Made by a program: the position numbers and the translations under genes. The notes beneath the pieces were generated by a model. It saw nothing but the letters and a program-made list of their open reading frames with translations, did no database searches and was not told the origin of the DNA. This document shows, in pieces, positions 8,711 to 18,829 of a stretch of 64,000 nt of DNA (within the stretch, counting starts at the first letter, position 1; the number at the start of each line of letters is the position of its first letter). This stretch comes from Cloacimonetes bacterium SCGC AAA252-N17 (lineage in GTDB: Bacteria > Cloacimonadota > Cloacimonadia > JGIOTU-2): positions 3,037 through 67,036 of the forward strand of contig ASNI01000006.1 in NCBI GenBank assembly GCA_000404785.1. Reading direction: 5' to 3'.

Positions 8711-8890
8711 ATGAAAAAATACGAAATTGACCTTAACGAAAGATTAATTCAATTCGCAATAAATACTTTCAAATTCCTGAAATCATTACCAAAAGATAAA
8801 GAATATGATGTTTTTACCCTGTGAACCCCCCGACGAGAGGGGGAGAAGTGTAACTTCTGTTTCACTGGGTGAAGATATAAACTATTAATA
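8711..8890 (+). pseudogene. Four-helix-bundle protein remnant disrupted by a 57-bp hairpin insertion
   Basis: MKKYEIDLNERLIQFAINTFKFLKSLPKDKEYDVF aligns with DLSERLLNF..LPHNKEYDVFRYQL of the gene at 9861; after the insert at 8816-8872 it resumes RYKL. Confidence 0.75.
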
Positions 8891-8976
8891 TCATTTATTT
8901 TAAAAATAAAGACATTATGGAAATAATTAATGTTATATTTTTTAAGCAACAATAAATGTATAAAAAAGGAGATGCG

Positions 8977-9189
8977 ATGCAAAAAATTACTTTAAATATT
9001 AAAGACGAATCAAAATTAGATATTTTTATACGGTTTCTTCGTGAAATAAGTTTCATTGAAATATCTAAAATAGAAAAATCAACAAACGATTTTGAAACAA
9101 AAAGTTTTAATTATTTGTTTGGTATTTGGAAAAACCGCTCCATTTCATTATCCGATATTAGGGAAAAAGCTTGGGGAAGGAGTCTATAA
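8977..9189 (+). CDS. Putative VapB-type antitoxin
   Basis: Short ORF ending LFGIWK..IREKAWGR; SD AAGGAG; directly abuts the PIN gene. Confidence 0.7.
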   Translation: MQKITLNIKDESKLDIFIRFLREISFIEISKIEKSTNDFETKSFNYLFGIWKNRSISLSDIREKAWGRSL

Positions 9190-9564
9190 ATGGTTTTATG
9201 TGATACCAATGTTATTATTGAATTCTTCAAAGGTAATAATAAAACACTTAAAGAACTTGAGCAAATTGGTTTTGATAATATAGTTATAAGTACAATTACT
9301 GTTATGGAATTATACTATGGGGCTTTAAATAAGAAAGAATTAAGTAAGATTAAAAAATGTATTCATTCTTTAAATGTTCATCAAATTGATTCCTATATCT
9401 CAGAAATTTCAGTTGAATTGATTGAAAAGTATTCTAAGAGTCATAACCTAATGATTCCAGATGCTATTATAGCTGCGACAGCAATTTCAATTAAAATGGA
9501 CCTCTATACTTACAATCTCAAAGATTTCTCTTTCATTAAAGAACTTAAGCTATATAATTTATAA
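9190..9564 (+). CDS. vapC: VapC PIN-domain ribonuclease toxin
   Basis: VLCDTNVII, TVMELYYG, IPDAIIAATA, TYNLKDF. Confidence 0.92.
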   Translation: MVLCDTNVIIEFFKGNNKTLKELEQIGFDNIVISTITVMELYYGALNKKELSKIKKCIHSLNVHQIDSYISEISVELIEKYSKSHNLMIPDAIIAATAISIKMDLYTYNLKDFSFIKELKLYNL

Positions 9565-9607
9565 GAGTTAACAAATTGAGGATGCAATTGAACCCATGGA
9601 AAATTCT

Positions 9608-9742
9608 AAAGATAAAAGGGAAGACAAAAGATAAAAGAAAAAAGACGAAAGATTAAAAGCAGAAAGTAGAAATTGTAAAGCAGAAAGTTTACCCCGTGAA
9701 ATCTTTTGTTACTATTTCACCGGGGTAGAAAGCAGAAAGGTA
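9608..9742 (+). repeat. AAAGAT/GCAGAAA heptamer array with an inserted ccccgtgaaat..atttcaccgggg hairpin
   Basis: Repeat read directly from the sequence; same architecture as 1543-1617. Confidence 0.75.
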
Positions 9743-9860
9743 TAATATGATAGAAAAATTAGATATTGACGATCATATAAAGAATAATCCTTTATTATAT
9801 AAATCATTTTTTTAGCATTAGAAATTATCAAATTGTATAAATATTTAACTGAAGAAAAGC

Positions 9861-10262
9861 ATGGAATACAAGATTAAAGACGAAAGACAAAAGAGCAAAG
9901 AAAAGAAGATTAATCGTGATCTTTCAGAAAGACTTCTTAATTTCGTTGTAAAGACTATGCAATTTCTACGATCACTTCCACATAACAAAGAGTACGATGT
10001 CTTTAGGTATCAACTATCAAAATCATCTTCGTCCATAGGCGCCAACTACGAGGAATCTCAAGCATGCACTGAAAATGAATTCAAGCAGCGAATAGCCATC
10101 TGTCTTCGTGAAGCTCGTGAAACAAATTATTGGTACAGAGTAATTGATAAACTGGACATTGGTGATAGCGAACAAAGAAAATATTTATTACAAGAATCCT
10201 ATGAATTAAAGTTAATATTTGGATCAATATACTCCAAATGCTACAAGAAGGCAAAAATATGA
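9861..10262 (+). CDS. Four-helix-bundle protein (23S rRNA IVS protein/Avd-like family)
   Basis: QLSKSSSSIGANYEE, F...IAICLREARETNYW. Confidence 0.9.
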   Translation: MEYKIKDERQKSKEKKINRDLSERLLNFVVKTMQFLRSLPHNKEYDVFRYQLSKSSSSIGANYEESQACTENEFKQRIAICLREARETNYWYRVIDKLDIGDSEQRKYLLQESYELKLIFGSIYSKCYKKAKI

Positions 10263-11800
10263 ATAATAAAATTTTAATCTTTATTCTTTGCTCTTTAATC
10301 TTTTTTACTATAACTTTCTGCTCAAACACAGGACCTCAGACAGGAACATTATCCGGCACTATTAATTTAGAAGGTCAATCCGACCACTCCGGAATAATTA
10401 TAGGCATTTACAAACTTGCCGAGTTAGATCCCGACATCGTCGAAGCTAATCAGAAATGGCCCCACATTGGCGTAATAATTAATCAGATGACTGAATTCGA
10501 CCACCGCTTCGGCACATTAATTAAAACCGGAGAAACCGATGCATCCGGTTACTTTGAAATTAAAGACATCCCAACGGGTGTTTATAATGTAGTTGCAATA
10601 AAAGACTCTTTCGGTTTTCGTTATATTTACAATGTACAAATAAATGATGGAAATAATGAGCTTTCAGCAAAGAATAAAGACAAAAGATCAAAGATCAAAA
10701 GTGAAAATTCTACCGATGTCCTTAATCTTTCTTCTTTAGTCTTTGATCTTAATAATCGCACTAGCGATTTAACTCTTTTTCCCGAAACAACAATCTCCTC
10801 CGACATCTCCACCCCAACTACCTTTCTCTCCCACCATCATTACATAATTGAACAAGACATTATAGTTGATGACGAACTCATCATACAACCCGGTGCAGTT
10901 GTACGTTTGAACGAAGGCAAAGAAATAACCAGCTATGGTACCTTTAATGCAGTAGGAGAATATGAAAACTTCATCTGGTTTACCAAGAATGATGGATTTT
11001 CCGAAAACTTGAGTACAATAGAACCTGACTCAAATTATATTTGGGATAGAGTTACCCTAGAGCCATATTCACAAGCGCAGGTCCAATGGAGTAAATTCGA
11101 TTGTGCGAATATTGGATTGTTAAATCATGTGAATGGATTTGGGATTTCGGATTGTATTTTTAGTGCTAGTCAGTGTGGATTTAAAGCTGTGGATGTTGAT
11201 TCGATGTTTTGTAGTAATTTGTTGTGTGAAGCGATTACAAATGAAACTGAAGGTGGGATTTATTTTGTAAATTGTAATTCAGGTAAAATTAATAATAACC
11301 TGTTAGTAAAAAACTCTACAGGTATAAAAGTAAAGGATTTATCTAATCCCTTAATGAAGAATAATTACTTTACTCAAAATGAATTTGGTGCAGAATTATG
11401 GAGTAGTAATTCTTCTTTTATCAATAATGAATTTTCATACAATTCTAACGGTTTAAGGATTTGTGGAACCACTTCTCCCACAATATATCTTAATAACATT
11501 CAATCGGATATCGGAATATATATAGGATTTAACGATACCTATCCAAACGCAAATCCTGAAATTAATTTTAACAATTTAATCAATTGCGGCTATACGATTT
11601 ATGAAACGTTTTTTAATAGTAATGTTATAAATGCAGAGAATAACTATTTTGGCACTACTGATCCACTCATTATTGAAGAATTAATTCATGATAAAAATGA
11701 TCTATCATCAACGGCACCATATTATAACACTTATGGAATAATTAATTATATTCCATTTTTATTATCGGAATATCCAAATGCAGGAATACAGGATGAATAA
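10259..11800 (+). CDS. Secreted or lipoprotein with carboxypeptidase-regulatory-like domain and right-handed parallel beta-helix
   Basis: Signal peptide ending TFC; GTLSGTINLEG..G.YNVVA; repeated N..(I/F)..N..GI turns; C-terminal NAENNYFG. Confidence 0.65.
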   Translation: MNNKILIFILCSLIFFTITFCSNTGPQTGTLSGTINLEGQSDHSGIIIGIYKLAELDPDIVEANQKWPHIGVIINQMTEFDHRFGTLIKTGETDASGYFEIKDIPTGVYNVVAIKDSFGFRYIYNVQINDGNNELSAKNKDKRSKIKSENSTDVLNLSSLVFDLNNRTSDLTLFPETTISSDISTPTTFLSHHHYIIEQDIIVDDELIIQPGAVVRLNEGKEITSYGTFNAVGEYENFIWFTKNDGFSENLSTIEPDSNYIWDRVTLEPYSQAQVQWSKFDCANIGLLNHVNGFGISDCIFSASQCGFKAVDVDSMFCSNLLCEAITNETEGGIYFVNCNSGKINNNLLVKNSTGIKVKDLSNPLMKNNYFTQNEFGAELWSSNSSFINNEFSYNSNGLRICGTTSPTIYLNNIQSDIGIYIGFNDTYPNANPEINFNNLINCGYTIYETFFNSNVINAENNYFGTTDPLIIEELIHDKNDLSSTAPYYNTYGIINYIPFLLSEYPNAGIQDE

Positions 11801-12042
11801 AAGAAGAAAGCATTAATAACAGGACAGGATGGTTCATATCTTGCTGAATTATTATTGGACAAAGGATATGAAGTACATGGGATTATCCGTAGGGCATCAA
11901 CTTTTAATACAGAAAGAATTGATCATTTATTCAATAATCCTGAAATCCATGATAAAAAATTATTTTTACACTATGGCGATCTAACGGATTCCAGTAATTT
12001 AAACCGTATATTGGGAAAAGTTAAACCCAATGAAATATACAA
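11793..12042 (+). pseudogene. gmd: Truncated GDP-mannose 4,6-dehydratase
   Basis: [48 protein letters not shown]; start out of frame; one ITG of ITGITG missing; similarity ends after EIYN. Confidence 0.85.
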
Positions 12043-12222
12043 TATTGGCTTCCAGCTGTTGATGTATATGCTGAGAATAACTATTTTTATGCAAATGATG
12101 AAAATGAAATATCGGTTATTATATATGACAAAAATGATGTTGTAAATAATCAGGAAAATATTGGACTAATATTTTATGATCCATGGGAAGACACTCAAAT
12201 TGATAGCTGTGGAATTTATTAG
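12040..12222 (+). pseudogene. 3-prime fragment of a beta-helix protein paralogous to 10259-11800
   Basis: [31 protein letters not shown] resembles INAENNYFGTTDPLIIEELIHDKNDL..NYIPF. Confidence 0.65.
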
Positions 12223-12243
12223 TCAAAAATGAAATAATTTGAT

Positions 12244-13710
12244 ATGTTGAAAAAAAAAGAATATTCATTAACTTCACAAGCAGTATATGTGTTTTTAGGA
12301 AAGTTTATACAATTTCTTTTTCAAATTATTGTGCCAGTAATATTAGTACGTTTATTCACAACAGAACAATATGGTCTATATCGGCAAGTAATTTTTATGT
12401 GTCTTTTAATTGTTCCGATATTAAGGTTTCATTTCACAAATAGTCTTTTTTATCTTTATCCAAATAAAAATAATCATGAAGAACAGAGTGAATTAATTTC
12501 ACAAACTTTTTTTATTTTAATTTGTGTAGGTATATTTTTCTGCTTAATAGTTTTCATATTCCACAAATCTTTTATTTCATTAATTAATACTGAGAATTTT
12601 AATAAGATGGTTGTTCCTGCCGTATTTCTTATTACTTTATATGTATTTTCTTCAATTGTTGAGAATATATTTATTATTGAAAAAAAATCTAAACTAGTAA
12701 TAAGTTTTTTATCAATTGATACATTTATTAGAACATTATTTTTACTTGCATTTGTATTTTTTTATCGAACTATTTATGCGGCATTAATTGCATTAGTAAT
12801 ACATGGTGTATTGAAGTTTATTTTCCTTGTAATATATCTTCTACATTATTATAAGCTAAATATTTTTAAGATACATTTAGGGGGAGTGAAAGAACAGTTG
12901 AAGTATGTCATTCCAATGGGATTGAGTACTGTGATAGGTACAATCGGAAAAAATGTTGATAAAATTATATTGATTTATTTATTAACATCACAAGATTTTG
13001 CCTTATATTCTGTTGGTAACTTAAGTATTCCTTTTATAGCAATATTGTATTTGTCAGTTGGTAATGTAATACTACCACAAATTAGTAGATTTTCTAAAAA
13101 AAAAGAAAACAATAAAACAATTCAATTATGGAAAAAAATGATAATAAAAAATGCTACTTTTACGATACCGACTTTGATTTTTTTCTTTGTTCAGGCAAAT
13201 CATGTTTTTATTATTCTTTTTACTGAGAAGTATTTAGCAAGTGTTGGTGTTTTTCGGATATATATATTAGTTTTACTGATTCAAATGTTGGGTTATGGAT
13301 ATATACTAAGGGGGTATGGTAAAACGAAAAGTGTTTTTTATGCAAATTTAATAAAAACATTGTTCAGTATTGTATTCGGATTTCTTTTTATCAAGTATTT
13401 TGGAATTATAGGCGCAGCTGTTACATATGTCATTGCTTTTTCAATTAATGGTATATTTCAACTCTTTAGAACAAAATGTATGTTAAATATAAGTTGGTTA
13501 AACCTTTTGCCGTGGATGGATATTTTAAAATTATTTTTGGTTTCTCTACCACCAATTATACTGATAATATTAATTAATCAATGTAATTATTCGGATATTG
13601 TTTTAATTATTATAACTGGTATTGTATATTTTTCTATTGTATTTATGGCATTTGTGAAATTGGGGTACTTAAATATTAGAAATATTAAAGATTTAGCTAA
13701 ACTAAATTAG
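12244..13710 (+). CDS. wzx: Polysaccharide flippase (Wzx/MOP family)
   Basis: Many TM segments; RLFTTEQYGLY, DKIIL..ALYSVG, GIIGAAV. Confidence 0.88.
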   Translation: MLKKKEYSLTSQAVYVFLGKFIQFLFQIIVPVILVRLFTTEQYGLYRQVIFMCLLIVPILRFHFTNSLFYLYPNKNNHEEQSELISQTFFILICVGIFFCLIVFIFHKSFISLINTENFNKMVVPAVFLITLYVFSSIVENIFIIEKKSKLVISFLSIDTFIRTLFLLAFVFFYRTIYAALIALVIHGVLKFIFLVIYLLHYYKLNIFKIHLGGVKEQLKYVIPMGLSTVIGTIGKNVDKIILIYLLTSQDFALYSVGNLSIPFIAILYLSVGNVILPQISRFSKKKENNKTIQLWKKMIIKNATFTIPTLIFFFVQANHVFIILFTEKYLASVGVFRIYILVLLIQMLGYGYILRGYGKTKSVFYANLIKTLFSIVFGFLFIKYFGIIGAAVTYVIAFSINGIFQLFRTKCMLNISWLNLLPWMDILKLFLVSLPPIILIILINQCNYSDIVLIIITGIVYFSIVFMAFVKLGYLNIRNIKDLAKLN

Positions 13711-13718
13711 TTTAATAA

Positions 13719-14747
13719 ATGAAAATATTAATTATTATATCAAACTTACCTCCTTCTGGGGGAGCAGAGAAAGTGGCTTGGGATCTGGCCGTTAATTTAA
13801 AATACAAGCATGAAGTTCATGTTATCACATTTTGCAAAGAAAGTAAAACTGTTTATATTAATGAGGTCGCTGTACATTGTTTAAAACAAAGATCACATGC
13901 CCTTTGGTATTACATGACAATTGGCAGGAAACAAATTTTAGATATTGTAGACCAGATAAAACCGGACGTGATCAATGCACACATGCCTTCCATTATTGCA
14001 TTTGTTCTGAGACATTATCCAGCAAAAAAGGTGTTAACACTTCATAATAGTGAATATAAATTTTATGTGAAGAGTTTGTCTCAAAAACTGGAACATAAAT
14101 TTACCTTGAGAACGATTAATAGATTTGATCATGTAACCACTGTTTCTAGGCACATGCAGGCGTACTTCATTGAATTCTTAAAAAGAAATATCGAATTAAT
14201 CACCAATGGAATTGATTTAAATTTATTTAAACATAATGAAAAATGCCTTAGACAACGAAATACAATTTTGTATGTAGGCAGATTAGTTGAATTTAAAGGT
14301 GTGAAAATTATTTTTGAAATGGCGACTAAACTTCAAAAATTCAATTTTGTTTTAATAGGCCAGGGTCCATTATATAAAAGTATTGATCTTCCAAATGTTT
14401 TTTTTGAAGGTAGAAAACAAGCCCATGAGGTTGCTATATACTATAATGAATCTTTTCTTTCCATATTTCCAAGTATTTACGAGAATTTTCCACTAGTTGG
14501 TCTTGAAGCAATGGCTTGCGGTTCAATAGTATTGGCAAATGACATAAAAGGATTTAGAGAATATATCGAAAATGGAGTTAACGGATTTTTAATTGATATG
14601 AAAAACCAAGATCAAGTTATCAAAAAAATTGAAGAAATTGAAAACTCAGATAATTTAGATTGCATAAAAGAGAATGCATTCGATACTGCAAGAAAATATT
14701 CTTGGGAAAAAATTAAAAACAGTTATGTGGAATTGTATTCATCGTAA
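13719..14747 (+). CDS. Glycosyltransferase family 4
   Basis: GGAEKV, ILYVGRL..KG, PS.YENFPLVGLEAMACG. Confidence 0.9.
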   Translation: MKILIIISNLPPSGGAEKVAWDLAVNLKYKHEVHVITFCKESKTVYINEVAVHCLKQRSHALWYYMTIGRKQILDIVDQIKPDVINAHMPSIIAFVLRHYPAKKVLTLHNSEYKFYVKSLSQKLEHKFTLRTINRFDHVTTVSRHMQAYFIEFLKRNIELITNGIDLNLFKHNEKCLRQRNTILYVGRLVEFKGVKIIFEMATKLQKFNFVLIGQGPLYKSIDLPNVFFEGRKQAHEVAIYYNESFLSIFPSIYENFPLVGLEAMACGSIVLANDIKGFREYIENGVNGFLIDMKNQDQVIKKIEEIENSDNLDCIKENAFDTARKYSWEKIKNSYVELYSS

Positions 14748-14779
14748 GTAAAATATAAATATTGGGGCGATAGAATAAA

Positions 14780-15703
14780 ATGTTAGAAGAAACTATTTCG
14801 ATTAATCAATTGAGAAAAAAATCAGTAGTCATGCTTTTTGATATAAAAAATTCTCTGGATAAATGGAATGTAACTTATTGGTTAGATTTTGGATCGTTGT
14901 TAGGAGCCTTTAGAAGTGGTAAATCTATGCCGTGGGACGGTGATTTTGACCTTAGTACATTGGACTTGGACATAAATAAGAAAGAAGGACTTTGGCAGGA
15001 ATTAAAGAAAAAAGGTTATCTGCTAGATTTTTCTCATAGCAATATCAAAATAATAAAAAATGATTGGAGAATTGGACAATATCGACTTGATCTTCATAGA
15101 TATCATACTAATGAAAAAGATGATGCTGAATATGAATATGGTCGTAAGTATGTAAGAAAAATCGATTTCTTTTTGAATAATTTTATCCAGGTTTTAGATT
15201 TCCTCATGGTCCCTAATATTAAATCAAAGATAAAATATCCTACTTTTGGTATTCTATGCAGGCTCTTGCTGCAGAATGGAGTTGACCCAAATGAACTTGA
15301 AACTTTAGAACCTTTTAAGGTTATAAAAGGAAAATTTAATAGTCATTATGATTTAGTCATCCAAACTTCTCAAGTAGAAATTTTTAGTTCACCTCTACAG
15401 AGATTAACTAAATCCAGCAAACTATTTTATCATATTATTAAGATTTCACCTAATTTTTTAATAACAGGATTGTTCTCATTGCTAAATAATCATCTTCTCA
15501 GGTCTCCGAAAATTCCATCACGTAGAGTGTTCTTTCCTAAACGTTTTTATAATGCATTTACACCTATAGATTTTTTTGGTATGAAATTTAATGCTCCAAG
15601 TCCTACAGAAGAATATCTTGAAAGAATTTATGGAAATAATTGGAAAACTCCATTAGTTACTAAAAATAAAAAATATTTAAATAGGATAACTTATAAAAAA
15701 TGA
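14780..15703 (+). CDS. LicD-family phosphotransferase
   Basis: YWLDFGSLLGAFR..PWDGDFD; C-terminal F.GMKFNAP..YLERIYG.NW. Confidence 0.88.
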   Translation: MLEETISINQLRKKSVVMLFDIKNSLDKWNVTYWLDFGSLLGAFRSGKSMPWDGDFDLSTLDLDINKKEGLWQELKKKGYLLDFSHSNIKIIKNDWRIGQYRLDLHRYHTNEKDDAEYEYGRKYVRKIDFFLNNFIQVLDFLMVPNIKSKIKYPTFGILCRLLLQNGVDPNELETLEPFKVIKGKFNSHYDLVIQTSQVEIFSSPLQRLTKSSKLFYHIIKISPNFLITGLFSLLNNHLLRSPKIPSRRVFFPKRFYNAFTPIDFFGMKFNAPSPTEEYLERIYGNNWKTPLVTKNKKYLNRITYKK

Positions 15704-16911
15704 ATACCACACCTTCAAATTACCAGGGAAAACTCGCAATTGTATGTATTCATGGCCTTGGAGAAAACGGCTTAAATACTGTCAGATCATTAGGAAGAGC
15801 AGGAATCCCCGTTGTGGTTATAGGTATACAAGGAGAACTTAATCTTGCAAAATATAGCAAATACTGTTCACGATTTGAAGAAATAAATTCATTTGATAAG
15901 AAACAATTGCTTGATAAATTATTTCAACTTCGGGATGAATTGACATATAATCCAATTCTTTTTTTTGATAATGATTATATGCTGGCTCTATTAAATGATT
16001 CAGAAGAAGTATTGAAATCTAAATTCAAGCTTACACAAGGAATCAAAGATTTTTCATTTAAAGATTATCAAATGAAAATGGCTGATGAAGCTGACGTAAA
16101 TGTGCCAAAAACCTGGAAACCGAAGAGTTGGAATGGCTTAATGGAAATGAAAATTCCCCTCAATATTAAGCTTATTGCCAAACCTTCACAAGACGAAGGC
16201 AAAAAACCTTTTAAAACAATAGTTGCTAGTAATTTAGAAAAACTAATTGATTTAATTAAAAAGAAAACAGAATCAATAGATAAAATTATTATTCAAGAAT
16301 ATATTGAAGGTAAACAAGACAGCATATGGGCTGTATTAGGTTACTATTCATCTGATATGCAATTTTCCCCAATTTTAACAGCTGTAAAATATTCAATGTG
16401 CCCTCCACAAGGTGGAGTTATGGCTATTGGCAAAGTATTAGAGAATAACACTTTGACTGAAATTTCCAAGCGATATATAAGAAAATCTAATTATTTTGGT
16501 ATTTTTGGTTTAGAATTTAAATACTCAATTTCTGATGGTAGTTATTATTTCATTGAAATGAGTCCTCGAACTGAAGGTTTTCACAATATTACAAAACTTA
16601 TTGGTATTGATTTGCCGCTATGTGCTTATTGGGACTTAGTATTAAAAAAGAAACCATTTTACCAAAAGAGCAACAAATTGGGCATTTATTCTGGTTACTG
16701 GATAAATATTAGATATTTTGTGGAATCATTAGTGATTCAAAAGAGTGTTTCTGATCTTAGCAAACTTTTTATTGCATTAGCATCAAAAAGCCAGTTTCAA
16801 CACTTTGATATAAAGGATCTTAAACCATTCTTTGTGGCATCACGATGGTATATCAATACTGCTTGGAAACATCGAATTAAAAAACTAATTATAGGTAAGA
16901 TGAATGGCTAA
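15700..16911 (+). CDS. ATP-grasp carboxylate-amine ligase (D-aspartate ligase-like)
   Basis: L.TVRSLGRAGI; K..Q...A....VPKTW; IAKP; IIQEYIEG; GLEFK..YFIEMSPR; LPL.AY. Confidence 0.75.
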   Translation: MNTTPSNYQGKLAIVCIHGLGENGLNTVRSLGRAGIPVVVIGIQGELNLAKYSKYCSRFEEINSFDKKQLLDKLFQLRDELTYNPILFFDNDYMLALLNDSEEVLKSKFKLTQGIKDFSFKDYQMKMADEADVNVPKTWKPKSWNGLMEMKIPLNIKLIAKPSQDEGKKPFKTIVASNLEKLIDLIKKKTESIDKIIIQEYIEGKQDSIWAVLGYYSSDMQFSPILTAVKYSMCPPQGGVMAIGKVLENNTLTEISKRYIRKSNYFGIFGLEFKYSISDGSYYFIEMSPRTEGFHNITKLIGIDLPLCAYWDLVLKKKPFYQKSNKLGIYSGYWINIRYFVESLVIQKSVSDLSKLFIALASKSQFQHFDIKDLKPFFVASRWYINTAWKHRIKKLIIGKMNG

Positions 16912-18829
16912 AGGTATAAACATTTTATTAGGTGGAATAGGAGATGATGCCCATTCAGTAGGAATTACACTTTTATCTTTAGGATTATCTGAAGCAGGAT
17001 TTGAAGTAGACAATATAGGTATTCAAAATCCGATTAATGATTTTTTCAAATCAGAACAAGACGTCCAGATAATAATGATATCCAGCAAAAACGGACATAG
17101 TGAATTGTATTTAAATAATTATGGAAAAGAAATATATGAACACACACAAAGCAATAAAAAACAAATATGGTATATAGGTGGTCATTTATCAATATGTGAA
17201 AAAGATGATGTTATAATTAACAAATATAAGAGAATGGGTTTTACTAGAGTTTTTCCAAATTTCATTACAATGGAAAATATCATAGAATACCTGAAAAAAG
17301 ATATATATTTAAAAAAAATAACTCCTGGTATAGTTAGAACTTCACAAGCTGAAGTGATTGAAGATGAAGGATTAGAAAGGGTCTCAGATTCAAAATGGCC
17401 AATTGAAAAATTAATTAAAATTAGACCGAATGTTTTAAGAACTTGGAAAACAGGATTAGATATCGACTGGGGTATTATAAAAAAAGTTCACTCATTTCCA
17501 AATAAAAATCTCAATTTTGTTCAGAACAATAGAGGTAAAACACCTTTACTTCAACCAAGAACAGGAGTGGCCAGCATCTCAAAACAAATAAGAAAATTAA
17601 TTGATTTGCAATCTTTAGGAATTGATGTTGCCTCAGTGCAACTTGATGCATCGACAAGAATTAAGAATTATAAGAAGGCTGAGGAAGGTGTACAGATAAG
17701 CGAATATAGGAAAAAATCATTTTTAAATGGTTTTCCAGTTCCAATATATGGTCAGGAAGGTGTAAAAAAAATTGTTGATTAATTAAAAATCCCATTTCAA
17801 ATCAGGGGTGGAGCACCTGATCATAGGTTAACCTATGAAATTGCATTAGCTGGAGGTGCATCAGCTGTTGAAGGGGGCTTTTTATGTTATCTTTTTCCTT
17901 ATGATAAAGATACACCACCTAGTGAAAGCTTGAAGAACTGGCAATATATTGATAGGTTAGCTGGATTTTATTATGAAGAACATCGCATAGTTATAAATAG
18001 AGAGTGGTTTGGCGTTCTTACTGCAAACTTAATTCCACCTTCTTTAGCAATAGTTATAAATATAATTCAGACAATTTTAAGTGCAAAACAAGGTGTAAAA
18101 AGCATATCTGTAGGTTATGCTGAACAGGGAAACAGATCACAGGACATTGCTGCAATGCAGGCTTTAAGGGAACTGAATCTAAAATACTTAAATGATTTTG
18201 GCTTTTATGATGTAAGTCTAACAACAGTTTTCCATCAATATATGGCTGCTTTTCCAAGTGATATTGAAAAAGCAGAAATGTTAATTTTCGAGTCAGCAAT
18301 TACAGCGCAATTAGCCAAATCAGATAGAATGATGATGAAATCACCTGTTGAAGCAATCAAGATTCCATCGACAAAAGAAAATGAATTGGGTGTGAAGATT
18401 TGCAGGAATGGGTTTCTACACGCCAATGATATCCACTATTATGATGCAAAAGTAAACTTTGAAAAAAAGTATATATTTAAAGAAGTTGATGCAATAATTC
18501 AAAAGGTGATACAACTTGGGAAAGGTGATATAGCAAAAGGAGCAATAAAAGCATTCTCAAAAGGTGTCCTGGATATCCCATTTTCACCCAGTAGGTATAA
18601 CAAGGGAGAAGTGATTTGCATTAGAGATGTTTCGGGTGCTATAAGATATGCTAAATTTGGGAATATGCCCTTTAGTGATGAGATTAAAGAATTTCATTTT
18701 GAGAAAATTGAAGAAAGAAAAACCAAACAACGAAAAAATAGCTTATTTCAAATGGTTGAAGATGATCTACAAAGAATTGCTCTGAATGATTTCAGTACGT
18801 GGCCATTAGACGATAATTATATTATTTAA
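16904..18829 (+). pseudogene. Fused B12-dependent glutamate (methylaspartate) mutase S+E subunits with one in-frame TAA at 17780-17782
   Basis: DAHSVG (DxHxxG) B12 domain; LQPRTGV, LDASTR, LNGFP, EGG..Y..PY, WQYIDRL, REWFG.LT..LIPPS match GlmE; the reading frame continues past the TAA. Confidence 0.88.
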
